Positions 12,750 to 27,439 of a stretch of DNA of 64,000 nt are shown here, piece by piece (within the stretch, counting starts at the first letter, position 1; every line of letters starts with the position of its first letter). The position numbers were made by a program, and so were the translations under genes. The stretch is taken from NCBI RefSeq assembly GCF_009834535.1, contig NC_045707.1, positions 55,616,001 through 55,680,000 on the forward strand, read 5' to 3'. The stretch comes from Camelus ferus. Lineage: Eukaryota. The notes beneath the pieces were generated by a model. The model had not been told where the DNA came from and did not search any database. It saw only the letters and a program-made list of their open reading frames with translations.

Positions 12750-14372
12750 AGGATCACCCAGAATGACCAACATAATATTAAAGAAGGAGAACAAAGTTGG
12801 AGTTCTAGTACCATCTGACTTCAAGACTTACTATAAAGCTACAGTAATCAAGAAAGGGCAGTATTGGCAAAAAAAAAAAAAAAAAAAAAAAAAGATTAAT
12901 GGAATAAAATAGAGAACTCAAAAGTAGACCCCACAAATACAGTCAGCTAACTTTTAACAAAGGAGCAAAGGCAATATGATGAAGAAAAGATAGTCTTTTC
13001 AATATACAGTGCTGGACAACTGGAAAACCATAAGCAGAAAAAAGAAAAGAATGTAAACACAAACCTTACGCCCCCTTCATGAAAATTAATTCAAAATGGG
13101 TCATAGATCTAAATGTTAGATGCAAAATTTATAAAATTCCTATAATATAAGAAAATCTAGATGGCCTTGGGTTCAGCAGTGACTTTTAAGATACAACACC
13201 AAAGACATGATCCATGAAAGAAAAAGCCAGAAGTCATTAAAATTAAAAATTTCTGCTTTGTAAAAGACACTGAAGAAAATGAAAAGGCAAGCCACAGACT
13301 GAGAAAATATTTGCAAAAGACACATCTGTTAAAGGACTGCTATATATAAAGAACTCTTAAAACTCAACAATAAGAAAAAGAAGAACTGGTTTAAAAATGG
13401 GCCAAAGACCTCACCAAAGAAGAAGGACAGATTGCAAATAAACCTATGAAAAGATGCTCTGCATCATATGTCATCAGGGAAATGCAAATTAAAACAACAA
13501 TGAGATATCACTACACACCTATTAGAATAACCAAAATCCAAAACTCTGACAACACTGGATGATGTGGAGCAACTAAAGCTGTCATTCACTGCTGGTTGGA
13601 ATGCAAAATGGTACTAACACCTTGAAAGATAATTTGGCAGTTTCTTTCAAAACTGAATATACTCTTACCATAGAGTCCATCAAAAGTGCTTATTGGTATT
13701 TACCCACAGGAGTTGAAAACTTATGTCTACACAAAAACCTGCACACATATGCTCATAGCAGCTCTATTTGTAATTGCTAAAACTTGGAAGCAACTAAGAT
13801 GTTCTTCAACAGGTGAACGGATAAACAAACTGTGGTACGTCCAGATAATGAAACATTACTCAGTGCTAAACAAACAAATAAAAAAAACAAACAACTGAGC
13901 TATCAAGCCATGAAAAGACACAGAGAAAACTTAAATTCATATTACCTAGGGAAAGAAACCAATCTGAGAAGACTATACACTATGTGATACCAACTATGTG
14001 ACATTCTGGAAAAGGCAAAACTATGAAGACAATAAAAAAGATCAGAGATGGCCAGAGGTTAAGGAGGAAGGAGGGATGAAGAGAACAGAGGATTCGGGAA
14101 ACAGGGAAACGAACTCTGGGTGATACTGTAATGATGGATAAATGTCATTACACATTTGTCCAAACCCATAAAAGGTACATTGTACTACTAAGACTGAATC
14201 CTAATGTAAACTATGGACTTTGAGTGATAATGATGTCAGTGTAGGTTCATCAGTTTAATATATGTACTATTCTGGTGAGGGATGTGGGGGTAGGTGGTAT
14301 AGTAGAAATCTCTGTACCTTCTGATCAATTTTGCTGTGAATCTAATTTTGCTCTAAAAATGTATTTTTCAAA
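12750..14372 (+). mobile_element. L1MC1-like LINE, decayed ORF2 3' part plus 3' UTR
   Basis: ORF2-like 'gacttcaagacttactataaagctacagtaatcaag'; ORF 13686-13898 is the L1 ORF2 C-terminus (GIYPQELKTY...AALFVIAKTWKQ); 3' end 'gaaatctctgtaccttctgatcaattttgctgtgaatctaa'. Confidence 0.9.
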
Positions 14373-14719
14373 AATTACCTCAGATTTATCCCCAAGTAGT
14401 CAGGTTTTCTGGGAGGCTAAAGTAACATTATTGAGAAAAACCCTAAGATTGTATGACTGGAAATTTAAAGGAATAATGTGTATCACTTGATTAATAAAGT
14501 TTAATTCCATTATAAAAATCAAATTTCAGTTTATTATATATCGTATATGTTCTGATGGCAATGTTCTTGCTATATAATAACAGTGAAATAACTTTAATAA
14601 TAATATGCTAACATGTTTGGATATTTACTATTTATTTGCCAAAGAGTCAGTGAATGTGAATATTGTACACATTGTTTCATTTAAATATTCACATTCACTG
14701 ATAAATGTTACATATTAAA

Positions 14720-15060
14720 AATACCCAGGCAATGGAGTGAGAGGTTTGGGTGGGTTGATTTTAGATAGGATAACCAGGGAAGAACTTACTGAGAAGGCAA
14801 TTTTTGAGTAAAGACCTTGAGGATGTGAAGGTGTGAGTCCTGGGCAAAGATTATTTCCGGAAGAGGAAACAGCAAGTGTAAAGGCTCAGAGGTAGGCCTT
14901 AAACGTCTGGCACATTTAAAGAAGAATGTGATCTTCAAAGATCTGAAAACTAATGAGGCACCGGATGATGTAGCCTTAGACTCCATCATAATACTTTTGT
15001 TTTTATTTTGAGTGAGGCAGGAAGGTGTTAAGAAAGGGCTCTTTAAAGAACCTGGATTAA
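14720..15060 (-). mobile_element. L2 fragment
   Basis: 'cagggaagaacttactgagaaggcaatttttgagtaaagaccttgaggatgtgaagg...ggaaacagcaagtgtaaaggctcagaggtagg'. Confidence 0.8.
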
Positions 15061-15529
15061 GAGGTTTTTGTTTTTTGTTTTAATTAGGAAGAGATATTGG
15101 ATCAACTTTAAAATGAAGTATTTTATTAAGAGAATTTGCACAAAAAGCTCAAGCATTTTCTACATCTATCTTAGGGTAAACACAAAAATGGAAGTCAAGT
15201 TTAAGTGGATTATTTCACCTAGACAAAGGGCAGTGCACTTTAGGGGAAATAACAGCGTATTCACCTTAAGGATTTATCATTGATTATCTTAACAAACTTA
15301 CTTACTTATCTTGTTTATTCTCTGCCTTTTCCTCCAGGATCTCCAAGTGCACCTAGCCCATATTAGATGCTTAATAAATATTTCTGAGTAAATTACCTCA
15401 ACAGAAGCCAATATTCTGCTTTAAAGTGAACAATTAAAAAACAAGAAAATGACACCTATTTTATCACCATGTAATATTGTTCCAGGAGTTCTATATATGC
15501 TATAAAACAAACAATGATATACAACAATT

Positions 15530-16720
15530 ACAAAGAAGGTAAATTTGGTTTTTAGATGGTCATGATCATCTTTCTGTACAACCTACAGCTTTGTACAACA
15601 GACAAAAGTAGAATGAAAAAACCACTGAAGTTCATTAGGGATTTCAAGAAGATGACCAAGTATATGTAATAATTCATATCTTACTTATATTTGAGAATAA
15701 AATAAAAAGCTAGAAAACCAATAGACCTTAACATAACAGCATCCAAGATACAAAATATCTTAAGATAAAATTTAAAATAAATTATATGTCATATGAATAA
15801 AACTATGAAAACTTAGAAACAAAAGAAAGCACTAATAAACTGATGAGAAAATTCATTAGTAAGATGTCATTATATGCAAATTAGTTGCATATTAATTTTT
15901 GCCAGAGTAAGTTCCAGATCAATTACACCATGAAAAAAGATTAAACCACAAATAACTAGAGAAGATAGGAAAGTGACTGTCTCTCCAACATGAAAATGAA
16001 GATAGCTACTCTCAACATGAAAATAAAGGAAGAAACCATAAAGGCAAATTTTAATGTATTTAAACTATATTTTAAAACTTCTATTTAAAAATCATGTTAA
16101 GCAAATAGATACAAACAACTAACTAGGAAAAAATATTTGTAACATATGGGAAAACCAAAGGCTCTTATCCTCATAGTGGAAATTGTACTGAGAAAAAAAT
16201 AAGAAAAATCTGTTAACCTCCTATGTCAAGGAAAACAGACATTCACAGAATAAATTAAAACAACCCTATAATATATAACAGTCCTTTTCCCTTACTAGGA
16301 ACAAAGACATGTGCATAAAATACTGAGCACAGCTGAACCTACATTACAAAGGGAACATGTGCACTATTTGTGGGACTATAAAGCAAGACTGCTTTGGGGA
16401 GACAATCTGGCAAAGTGTTTCAAAACTTTCTAAGTGTTCATATGATCTACCCCATAGATGCACTTTGGAAATTGTGTTCAAGAAAATGATCATAAGAATA
16501 TAAGAATATTTTTATTATCTTTATCTAGAATTGTGACAAGATGGAAACAACGTGAAACTTTGTATAAATAATGCTGTAAGCTTATATTCTGAAGACTCTG
16601 CAAGTGGAAAATTCTCATGATACAAAGTTAAAAGGAAAAGTGGACCTCAACATTGCACTCACTTATGAACTTAGTTTTACATAATGCAAATATGTATTAA
16701 CTATTAGATGTACATAATAT
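15530..16720 (+). mobile_element. old L1 (L1ME-like) fragments
   Basis: A-rich ORF2 and 3' remnants: 'actaggaaaaaatatttgtaacatat', 'gtgggactataaa...ctttggggagacaatctggcaa'. Confidence 0.65.
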
Positions 16721-16894
16721 ATGAACACCAAATGGAAATCATTATTTTAAATGCTTTGACATGCTATTTTCCTTGATAAGCATAAGCTTACTAATTTATT
16801 TTGTTTTTGAAATAGAAGTTTGCAAGTACATTTTACATGAGATGGGGTAGGGACAGATGGGAATAGAGTTGATGGTGTCTTTCCATCCTAAGAA

Positions 16895-17150
16895 ATATGG
16901 TGTTAAGTGAAGCAAGTGAGAAGGGTGATTCAAGAGTCAAACTACCGGATTCAAACCCCAATAGCTTATCAGCTATTTGAACTTGGACAATCACTGAGAG
17001 TCTTCACCTCAGTTCTTTTACCTGTTAACTGGCGGTAGTAACCATAGTGAGCTCACTGAGTTGTGGAAGAACTGAAGTAGTTAATACATATAAAGCCCTT
17101 AAAACCGTCCTGGGACAAAGCAAGCACCACATAAGTGTTAGCTATTATTT
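16895..17150 (+). mobile_element. MIR SINE, near full length
   Basis: 'ccggattcaaaccc...agctatttgaacttggacaatcactga...cctcagttctttacctgttaa...ataagtgttagctattatt'. Confidence 0.8.
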
Positions 17151-20100
17151 CCCTGTTAGCACAACTCTACTGAACTGACTGAACCCTCAGGCAATCGTTC
17201 CAATCCCCAATGTCTAGTCTCAGTATTGCGCTTTGAATATTTTTATTTTAAGGAGTGAAAATGTGTTATGAACATTATGCTGCAATGGTGAATGGCAGTG
17301 TAAGTCAAGTCAGACCAAACCAGAAAGTAAATTTTATATGCTCTATGAAACCAAATTTGTCTCAGAGGAATAAATTTTTTAACAGATGCTTGAATACAAT
17401 AGAAGGTGGATGGTGAACTATTATTTACTAGATTTCACAATATGTGGTTCAAAAGCTATGAACTTGCAGATGAAATCAGGATTATTGAAAGGCACGCTCA
17501 TTTAGAAATATACACGTACTAGAACAGCCTCCACCTTCTCAATTGCCTGCTGAGGTCTCTCTGAATCAGACACAAAACCTCTGGATCGGAAATGACTGAA
17601 CCAATGCACATTTCCCCCTGTGTGTGTGCCATTTCTTCTTTTGAACGTAGAATTGTAAACCAAACTATGGGTATTGATACAGTAAAAATTATGGATGGAA
17701 TTTTCAAGCAAGGTGGCAAGGTAATTTATTGAGCTATTAATTTATATTCTGTTCTCACTGAATTTTTCCATCTCCACATTCCCATTAGGTAGTCAGATCT
17801 TTTTGCCCCATTATCTCAGAAGAGGCTTGCAGTTACCGGGCTCAAAGCATTAACTGCCTGCAGATTCCCTCTCTCAGTTTTTGTGTTGTGAAAACTAGAT
17901 TTCAAGAATGAGAGGCTAATGATAGGGTCAAGACAAAGAATATTTTGACAAGGGTAGGGACAAGCAAAATTAAGAGGGAAAATGCTGAGAGTCCTGACAA
18001 ATAAGGGTGATCGAAGTCACTGGACCCTGAGAATAGTTGGGAACACATGTCCTGTCCCTGGCAGCGCCCCATTATGTGGCAGGATTGCAGGACAGGCAGC
18101 ATTTGGGGGAGCTGGATCTACCATCTGGAATTAGAGATTTGGAAAAGATGTTCATCCCCACATTTGAGATAAAAGCAACCAAGATGATTACCCCCAAGCT
18201 TCAACAAGCAGTGTATCAGCAGCTACGAAGATAGACTGAAGGCTAGATGACCATCTTCTGTTTGCCTGGTTTTTGTACAACACCAGGAAGTCAGGGAGCC
18301 TCTAATAATCAAATGACTGAAATTTTACTTCCCATAAATTCTGAGGCTGATTTGATTAAATCTGCTATCTATATATATATGTATGTATCTGTATATGCAT
18401 GTATGTATGGTATTTCTTGCCCATCTGAATTTATAGACAATGACTCATAAGTTATAAAAATGTAATATAAATATCAATATTGTTGCATATGAGAAGTACA
18501 TTTGTAACACATACTCAATGTTCCAAACTTCTATCTGTATGATTCCCAACTTGTTGTGAGACTGAATGAGAGTTTATGCTGTGTCTTTGGATCAAAAGTA
18601 TAAGAGTAACAGTAAAAAAAAAAAAAAAAGTATATATATGTATATATATGACTGCATTCTATTTTCCACTATAAAGAAAATAATAGGTTTCTTTTCCAAG
18701 TCACAAGTTAAATTGCCACACTGATTTTTTTTTAAGGGAGCAGAGTTGAAGCTAAATCATACACTACTTGCTTATTTGATGAACTATCTAGTGAAAGGAG
18801 TCATAATACTGGAATTTAGCACCACTTTATTATCTAGTGAGAAAGTTAAGCTCTTTACAAAAGACTGCATGATAGCACTGTAGAGTAAGTAACAAATCAT
18901 TATGATTTCCTCTGCTATCCTTTGAAGGAATGCTAATCATAATTAATGTGCACGTAATGTGTAATTTCTTAGGAGTGAGGCCATAAATTAGCATTAATTG
19001 TAAGATTTTCAATTCCTTCATCTATTAAAATGCTCAGCCATTCCCTTTAAGTCCCAGCTTTCAAAGAACCACTTGGTCATTTTCTTACTTTCAAGGTGAA
19101 TCTAGGGTCTGCTGGGTCTTTCAATCAGTAAGAGATAAAGGGAAATGCAAATCGTTTTTTCCTAATCTCCCTGCTAGTCCTGCATCATATAGAGAAATGT
19201 TGCATAGCCTTCTTAATCTGGCACAATTTATTACCCTGCCTGAGGCAGAGAAATTTCTTACTCCAAACGTACGCACTTAATGGCTGGAAAAGAGTAAGGA
19301 AAAGACACTTGGTCTTCACGAAGTAACTTCTCCTGTGCTAAAAGCATCTCTTCAGGAGAACATGCCATTTAAAATCCTGACTCTTGAGTTTCCATAGTTA
19401 ACTATTTTGATGCCTAAAATTTACTGCTGTAGTGTAGACTGACAACTGCGAGTATTACTGAAAATTATTAAGTTTTTTTGGTGAGAGATTTAAGATCGAG
19501 TTCAAATATATAAGTTAAGTTTACCTATAGCAGTCATAACACCTTTTTACCTTTGGAACAAGCCGTATCACAGTTCATAGTGATTCAGATGCTTAAGTCA
19601 GATTATTTTCTACCGTTGACAGTGTAAGAGCTATGCTTCAAGACAGCTTCTCACGTCCGAAGGCGTGATCTGCTGTGTCAGTAAAGCAGGAGCACTGTCG
19701 AAACACATTACAATGTCTGTGATATGTCTTCCTGACATCACAGTCTTTTGATTTACATGGACAGGACCTAAAATAAATGAGTGGAATATTCCCTAAGGCA
19801 TATAATCAATTGCATCTGTTGCAATCCTGGTATTTCCTTTGCCCTGTTTATACCATTACTGCCTCTACTGAAGCAGTATTATCGTTAAGTGTTTCCATGA
19901 ATATATCTTGGCATCAGCTCAGAGCACCACTACTACGCTACAAACACTTTCAGCCTCAAAGGACCACGGCGGGACTAGCATTACTCCAATACTGTATTGA
20001 TTGTGATAAATGTTACAAGGGAAAAGAATATGCATTTCTTACTGCATTGCTTTGTATTTTTGTGTCTAGTGACACAAAAGCAAACGGTTGTGGGGACAAA

Positions 20101-21589
20101 AACATCTGTTAACAATGGTGAGGTAATCTTGCTGCACTGCAAAATAATGTAAAAATAAATTACTGGGTGTTTCTGAACAACATTCTCTGAAGTCTATAAA
20201 AATTGGAGGCATTTGACTGTGTTGTAGGAAGATTAGGAAATATCAGACAGGAAAATGTGCTTTGCATTTGCAACAACATATGGTGGAATCAGACAATATT
20301 TGCGCAACACAATGTATTCCTAGAAAATGACTGTATCTACATGTACATAGCTTAATTGATTTACCTTACTGATATGCTCTACTAATTTATATATCCTACA
20401 TCTAGTTTTGGTATCCAAATAATGAAAAAAGTTAAGCTGAAAACAAGAGGGGTTAATATCAATAAGAAAAAAAAAAGATGAAAGAAAAGCTATTATTCTA
20501 TAAAACTAAACAATGGAAGTGAAGTCTATTAACTTTCTAACTTTGCCTGGATGTTTGCTCTCATTTAAAAATAGTATCATATACCTTACAATATGTTTTA
20601 GTACATGCAATGGCTCATAAAGAAAGAAAGGTTTTCACAAAGAATTTTTTTCCTAATTAAAATAAGCCATTATTCAAACCTACATAAGATTTTCCTTGTA
20701 AAAATGAAAAAAACCTGGTAATGAAATGATTCCATTCATTGCAATCTAAGGATCCTCTGTATTAAATTTTATACAGAAATAAGATTTTGCTTTTCATGTT
20801 GGAAAATATATATTAAAGTTTTATTGCTCTACAGATTTTAAAATATATCCAGTAGCTTACGTTAGATTTAATATGCCTTTGTAAATGCTTACTAAGAAGT
20901 GAAGAAAGGAGTGGTTAGAATATTTTTCAAATAAAAGAAAAAAACTCCAGTCCTAAATGAATGTTTAATTTGTATCCTTAGTTTGAATACCATGGATGTA
21001 ATGAAATATTTTCTTGAATTTCTGCTTGCATTTAAGGTGAAAAATTCTCTAAATCAATCAGATTGAATTACCTATCATTATAAACACCTTGTGCTAAAAA
21101 CTTTCAAAAGTGAACCTAATAGTTATTAAATATTTAATATTTTAAAAAATTACACAATGCAACTTAGTGTTTTGTTTTAAAAATAAACCTTAGAGGTTTT
21201 TAGTTTTTGTTTTATCTTCTCATTTCCAAATCCCGAATGCATTCAAATATAAGCAAAATAGAAGTTCAAAAATATACACATTTATTAGTGGCAACCTAAC
21301 AGATCCATTAAAATAAAATTCAAGTGTACAGAAATATATATCTGTCTATAATGCATTAGGGTTATTTATGGAAAGGGAAAATCTCTGATGTATTCATGTC
21401 ATCAGTTTCACCACTGTCACATGACTTTATCATTATGACATGACTAAAATGATCCTGTAAAGTTTTGTCATTAATCAGCTTTACATTTTACCCAAAGGCA
21501 CAACAGGATCATGGAAAGCAGAGACTGGGCAAAGAAGCACTGGAGAACCTGCTAATACAGGAGCCCTGACCATCTTATTACACGACTAG

Positions 21590-22185
21590 CAAGCTTAAGT
21601 CAGAGCCGCTCAAAACCCTCCGGTGGGTTTCCCATCCCTCACAATAAATGCCAAAATCCTTACAATAACCTCCAATATCCTAAGTGATCTGACCCCGTTA
21701 GTTTCTGACCTTGTACCCTAGACATGCCTCTTGCTTTCCCTACTGCAGTCTCTCTGGAATCCTAGAAGTTCTAAGAACTGGCCAAGTATGCTTCCGCCTC
21801 GGGACTGTGCCCTGGCTCTTCCCTCTTTCTGGAATGTTCTTGCCACAGGTATCACTAGAGCTCAGACTCTCACCTTCTTCAAGCCTTTGCTGAAGAGATT
21901 TTTTTTTTCATGGAGACCTCCCCTGCCACTAGCATCTCACCTAACAACCTCTGAGCACTCCTCCCCTCCTCTTCTGTTTATTTCTCTCTAACATACTGTA
22001 CACCTTATAATTCACTACCTAGTTTCCTTAGGTTTTACCTTGTCTCCTCATTTCCCCACTGGAATGTCAGCTCTTTAATAATGGGGATTTAAAGTGGAGG
22101 GCATCTGTGTTTTACCCTCTCATACTCCCAGCACATTTGGCACAGAGAAGACACTCATAAAATATCCTGTAGGATGTTGAATTGA
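21590..22185 (+). mobile_element. L2a 3' end
   Basis: 'gctcaaaaccctccggtgggtttccca...ggctcttccctctttctggaatgttctt...ccactggaatgtcagctc...tggcacagagaagacactcataaaatat'. Confidence 0.85.
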
Positions 22186-24194
22186 GAAGATTATGAAATA
22201 CCAAATCAAATTTGAGAATCAAAAGGCATTTTATTTTCTTACTGATGGGCACACCAGAGGATGGCTTTTTATGAAGCATATCTGAAGATGCAGTATACTG
22301 ATTTTCCTTTATTGTTACTTCCTAGATGACCAAATCTTGAGACCAAGTTGCTGTATTTTAAATGATGAAAATACTGTTACAACAAAGCCTGGGCTGTGAA
22401 ATTCTGTGACTTCAGGTTTTACCCTTTATTCTGTCACTGGCAGAAAGTGGATTATACCTGAGATTATACCTTCCAGCCACTAAAGAATACTTTACCAAAA
22501 TACTGATTTCTGAAAGCTGTTGTATAGGGATTTTTGTGATATACAAAGGGCTTACAGTCCAAAAGATAACCTACATACATGAGTACTTCCATTCAAGGTT
22601 ACTGGACCATTCAGACACCAGATCATTGAAATAAATCATAAGTCAAAAGACAGGAGTATGTTATGGTATACACTACCAATTTAAAAGAAAAGGTGAAGTT
22701 CATTACACCTTAAGACCTGACTCTAGGATCGAAAAAGATAAGTTCTATAAATACAATCTTGGATGTTGGAAAAAGATCTAAGAGATCACTTGCCCTGATT
22801 CCTTCCTTTGATAAATGTCTAGCACATATGAGACAATAAAGAAATCTCTGAGGAATAAAATAAAGGAAATTGAAGCCAATGATGTGATTGGCCTTAATTC
22901 ATAGTAAATGGCAGAAGCAGGAAAAGAACCAGACCTCCTGGATTTTCACTCATAGCAAACTAGCTCAGTAACTTGAAGTAGAAAGCTGATACGAGAATTG
23001 TGAGAATTAGTTAATTCTGAAGTATAGTCTTACTTTAAAAAAAAAAAAAAGACAATTTTGACAAAGAAGAAAACAGACTAGAACAATATTTCCAAAGTTA
23101 CACAACTTTAAAAAAGTATAAATTCCCTGAAGTCCCATCGTGGACAAGGAAAATATGAAGAGCAACCTAGCTGAGTATTTTTAACATGTACGCCTGGTGA
23201 TGGAAGGTAAGCTGGTCTGGAAAACAATAAACAATGGCCAGGTAGTTCCATTTCTTTTGGCCCCACAACCAATCAGTAATGATAATTAAAGGCCGCTTTT
23301 GCTATCAGATCTGTTATGAAGAGTGAAGAGCCAAAAACTGCAGGGTTTGCTTCTGGATGAATCCTCACCCACTAGTCCTGAGACAAACTGCCTTCTCACT
23401 GACATTTGAATATCTTATACTCAAGCCACAGAGGACACGTCTGTTTCTCCCTGCCCCTCAATCTTCCTTTTTCTAAGTTTCTTAGTTCAGAAAAAGTCCT
23501 CAGAATCTATAGATAGAAACAAAGTTTAATCTCAAAAAATCTAAGCTATCTGTAGTTAAGCTTGAGAGTATTAGGAATTCACATTTAGGTGCCAAAATTC
23601 AAATATGTAATATTTACTTTCTCAAATGTAGCATGCTTTTCAGCAGATGAGTGCTCATTCATAGAGCTATGCTAACTTTAGACTCAAGTTTTAATCTTGT
23701 AGAACCTGCATACCTTAATTCAAAGAAAAAAAGATAAAGACCTATTAAAACACAAACGGGTTCTAAACAATTTTTTAAAGTGTTGTCTTATAAACCGTTT
23801 CTTATGATGAGTATTTCAAGGTTTATTTATTTCTATTTGAAAGTTTCAAAAGCACTATTGGTTTGTCAAATTGTCATCCTTGATCTTTAGCTCTCCCTTC
23901 CTATAGACAAAAACTCCAGAAAAGAAGGGGGGAAAAGTGTCAGGCAAAATTTTACAATCATCAGCAATAGCATTATCACTGTTCAACACATCAGGTAAGG
24001 GGTTAGAATTAATTTCCCTTGATGCCAGGATGATCACAGCATAGAAGGACAGCATAGTATAGAAGAGAACATTCAAGAAGAAATTATGAACCAAATAGTA
24101 ATTTCTTAAAGAAAGGGAGGGACTTTGGAAAAGCTTTTCTGAAAAGCATGCCAGAATGGACCTTCAGGCAAGTGTTGACAAACTTTAGGAAGTA

Positions 24195-24690
24195 GAGAGG
24201 GTTATGGTTTTACCATGGTTATGACTTTCCAACTTTATGGTGGTGCAAAACCGATATGCATTCATTCAGTAGAAACTGCATTTGAATTTCCAATTTCAGT
24301 CTTTTTCCAAGCTAGTGACACGTGGTACCATACACCCTCCTGCTGCTGGGTAGAGGCCACAGCTCCCAGACAGCCACGTGATCATGAGAGAAAACCACCG
24401 ATACCCTTACAACCATTCTGTACGCATACAATTATTCTGTTTTTCACTTTTAGTACAGTATTCAGTGAATTTCATGAGATATTCAAAACCTTATTATAAA
24501 ATAGGCTTTGCATTAGATCATTTTGCCAACTATAGACTAACGTAAGTGTTCTGAATACATTTAAGGTAGGCTAGGCTAAGCGATGATGTTTGGCAGGTCA
24601 GGTGGATTAAATCCATTTTTAAGGTATGATATTTTCAACTTAAGATGGGTTTATCAAGACGTAACCCCATCAGACGTCAAGGAAGATCTG
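24195..24690 (-). mobile_element. MER47/Tigger5 TcMar-Tigger DNA transposon
   Basis: Right end 'gatattttcaacttaagatgggtttatcaagacgtaaccccatcagacgtcaaggaagatctg' followed by TA; internal 'taaggtaggctaggctaagcgatgatgtttgg'; TA also at 24193. Confidence 0.85.
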
Positions 24691-26358
24691 TACAATAAAA
24701 CCAATGGTCTTTTTCACGTGTGCAGATTCCAGAGTTTGGACTCCACTGATTCTGACTAAACAGATGGGCCATGTAATTCACAAATCTGTATCCTAACAAA
24801 TACTTCCGTATTTGGACTAAAAGTTTGGACTTTTCCAACTATAATTTAGGCTGTTTAACTCATACGGGATCACTTTTGAAAATCACACAGCAGACTTAAG
24901 AAAACAGTGGTGTGCTTGGGTAAGTATATATTCCCAGCTGGGTCCCTCAGTGCCACAAACACTCTTTTCTGCTCAAATTCAGTCCCAAAGATAAATAGAA
25001 AATAAAACTATTCACTTTCTGTTCTTGATCCTAATACTAGCAAAATAACATTTGGCCTGGGCTGACACCTCCTCTTACTAAATCAGAAAAGGCAGTCTCA
25101 AAGAAAGATTTTTTAGAGTAATATTCTCTCTGGATCATCCAGTTCTGACTCCCAATAAAAATCAGAAAGCTTATCTCTTAAAATGCTGATTTCCATATTA
25201 GATGGCTTGTTTGTTGAACAGATTGGACCAAGAAAAAACCACTGTGGTCCAATTTGCTCATTTACAAAGATGCTACAAAAAAAGAATGTATTATGAGTAG
25301 CAAGCAAATATGGAGTTATTTTAAGAAAAGGTTTACAAGAAACTCCCTTCAACCTCCTCCTTTGAGGGTAAGCTCATTTCTTCAGTCTGCTCTTTTGCCT
25401 ATGCTCATGAAACCAGTTAGAGCCATTTCCCTTCCTGAATAAATCCTAGCTCTTAAGATAGGTGTTTTACAAACATCAAGGGAGTTGGAACAAACGCTCC
25501 CTTTTAGCATGCCTTTCCTTTTCACAGCTGTGCTTCTCAGAAGAGATCAAGCTTTGCCAAAACTCAGGGGACTCATAAGGACTTTTCTTTTCCCTCAGGT
25601 CATACTAGATAGATATAAACCAAAACTGGTAATAAGAATCAAGGATTTCATCAGGTATGGTAAACATACCTTCACCATTCCCATCACAATGTAGACAATG
25701 CAACGTTTAAGCGACTGGAAGGAAGCTACTACAGAAACTCGATTTGCCTTTAAAAAGTGTGAATACATGACTTAATCTAATGCAAATAATGAAAAGTTCC
25801 AATTAAACCTTAATATGGTACTTATTTAAAATACAAGTAAACTTAAGAATAAGAACGCATCTGTGTTGAAATCTCTAGCCTTCAATTAAACATGAAAAAG
25901 AGGTTATGAGGAGAAGCAGGATGTTTTAATAGCCAGGGAACTATTTGTTCAGAATAGGAAGCTTTTACAAAACCACGGTAAAGAGACAGCTTCTAAGTTT
26001 TAACTTTTTGACTAACTAGCTTTGGGACCTGGAATCTCACTTACTTTCTTTAGACCTCACATTCCTTAACTTTAGTGACAGTCTATTACTGAAATCTCTA
26101 AGTACTTTAAGTTGAAGATCCTCTCCTTCTAGATTAATCAGAGAAGGGTTTTTACTGCCAGTTTCACTGAGCAGTTTATAGAAAGCAAAGCCTATTCTGG
26201 TGAGCAAGCAAGGAAAAGAAAATAGCTTATAAGAGACTCCTCAGAATCACTTCAGGGTCTTACTTCCTAAGCCAAGTGACTGGAAATACGTTACATTGGT
26301 TTAATTTTGACAAAAAAAAAATACTCTTCAGCAACTAATAGAAAGAAAATTTTAGTTG

Positions 26359-26590
26359 AAGGGATAAATTGGGAGTTCGAGATTTGCAAATATTAACCAA
26401 CATATATAAAATAGATAAACAACAAGTTTTTTCTGTAGAGCACTGGGAACTATATTCAATATCTTACAGTAACCTATAATGAAAAATAATATGAAAATGA
26501 ATATATGTATGTATATATATGACTGCAACTTTATGCTCTACACCAGAAATTGATACATTGAACTGACTATACTTCCATTTTTAAAAAAAA
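26359..26590 (+). mobile_element. L1 3' UTR fragment, same subfamily as 5088-5413
   Basis: 'gggataaattgggagttcgagatttgcaaatattaac...atagataaacaacaag...gggaactatattcaatatc...tacaccagaaattga'. Confidence 0.9.
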
Positions 26591-27009
26591 TGTATTCAAA
26601 GAGCTCAAGAACTTCAAACAGTTCTTATAAATCATTTTACTGATTTTAAGGTACTTGATTCCAGCAGCTGGATTAAATTATATGAGTATAAACAGGTCAA
26701 ATATTAAGCCAGTAAAGGCTTTAGGAAAAATAACTTAGGTTTTTGCATGCCCTCAGTTGTCTGTAATTGAATTATCTCCAAATGTGGAAAGGTTTTCCTG
26801 TCCCTTGTATATATTATGAAACATCAAAATATCAGATTTTTCTGTCCTTCTTCCCTTACTATCATTAAAATATTTAACTGAAAAAAAAAAAAACCCTCCT
26901 ACAGATGAGAACCAAAAAGTCTCATGAATAATGTTTGACGGCTTTAAGAGTCATTCTAATTACGTAATGTTAGGTGAGTGAACACGTTAGAACCCACGTA
27001 TCTGCGCTC

Positions 27010-27145
27010 TTCAATTTACAGACGATAAAAAATGAAGCACACTGAGGTCAAGTGACTTATCCAAAATCAAACAGATATTTAGTGACCAAGCACGGGTAAA
27101 TTATGGGTCTACTTACAACTACAGCTCTTCTCTTTCTACTACTTG
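27010..27145 (-). mobile_element. MIR fragment
   Basis: 'tttacagacgataaaaaatgaagcacactgaggtcaagtgacttatccaaaatcaaacag'. Confidence 0.7.
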
Positions 27146-27439
27146 GTCATTTTCAAGGCTTTATAAATTGGGCAGGGAAAAACAGGTCCTAGTATCTGAA
27201 AAGTATGGAAAATACTGCATATTTATTCCTCTTCTCAGAAACTGACTAAGCTCTAGCAGAAGAAAAATTTTGCTCATCTGGTTTTGTTCAATTCAATGTC
27301 TTCACTCTTCCTCTGTTACACATTGTCACTGTGTCTACGTATATTGCTACTTAATATATTACTACATTTACCATGTGATCCTTAGAGTAGTTTGACTTAG
27401 CCTAGAGCCAAATTTTGTCCTAAAATTGATAAGCCAAAA

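Noticed and set aside
12868..12892. Separate retroposed poly(A) insertion within L1MC1
   Set aside because: There is no TSD; it fits expansion of an A-rich L1 segment.
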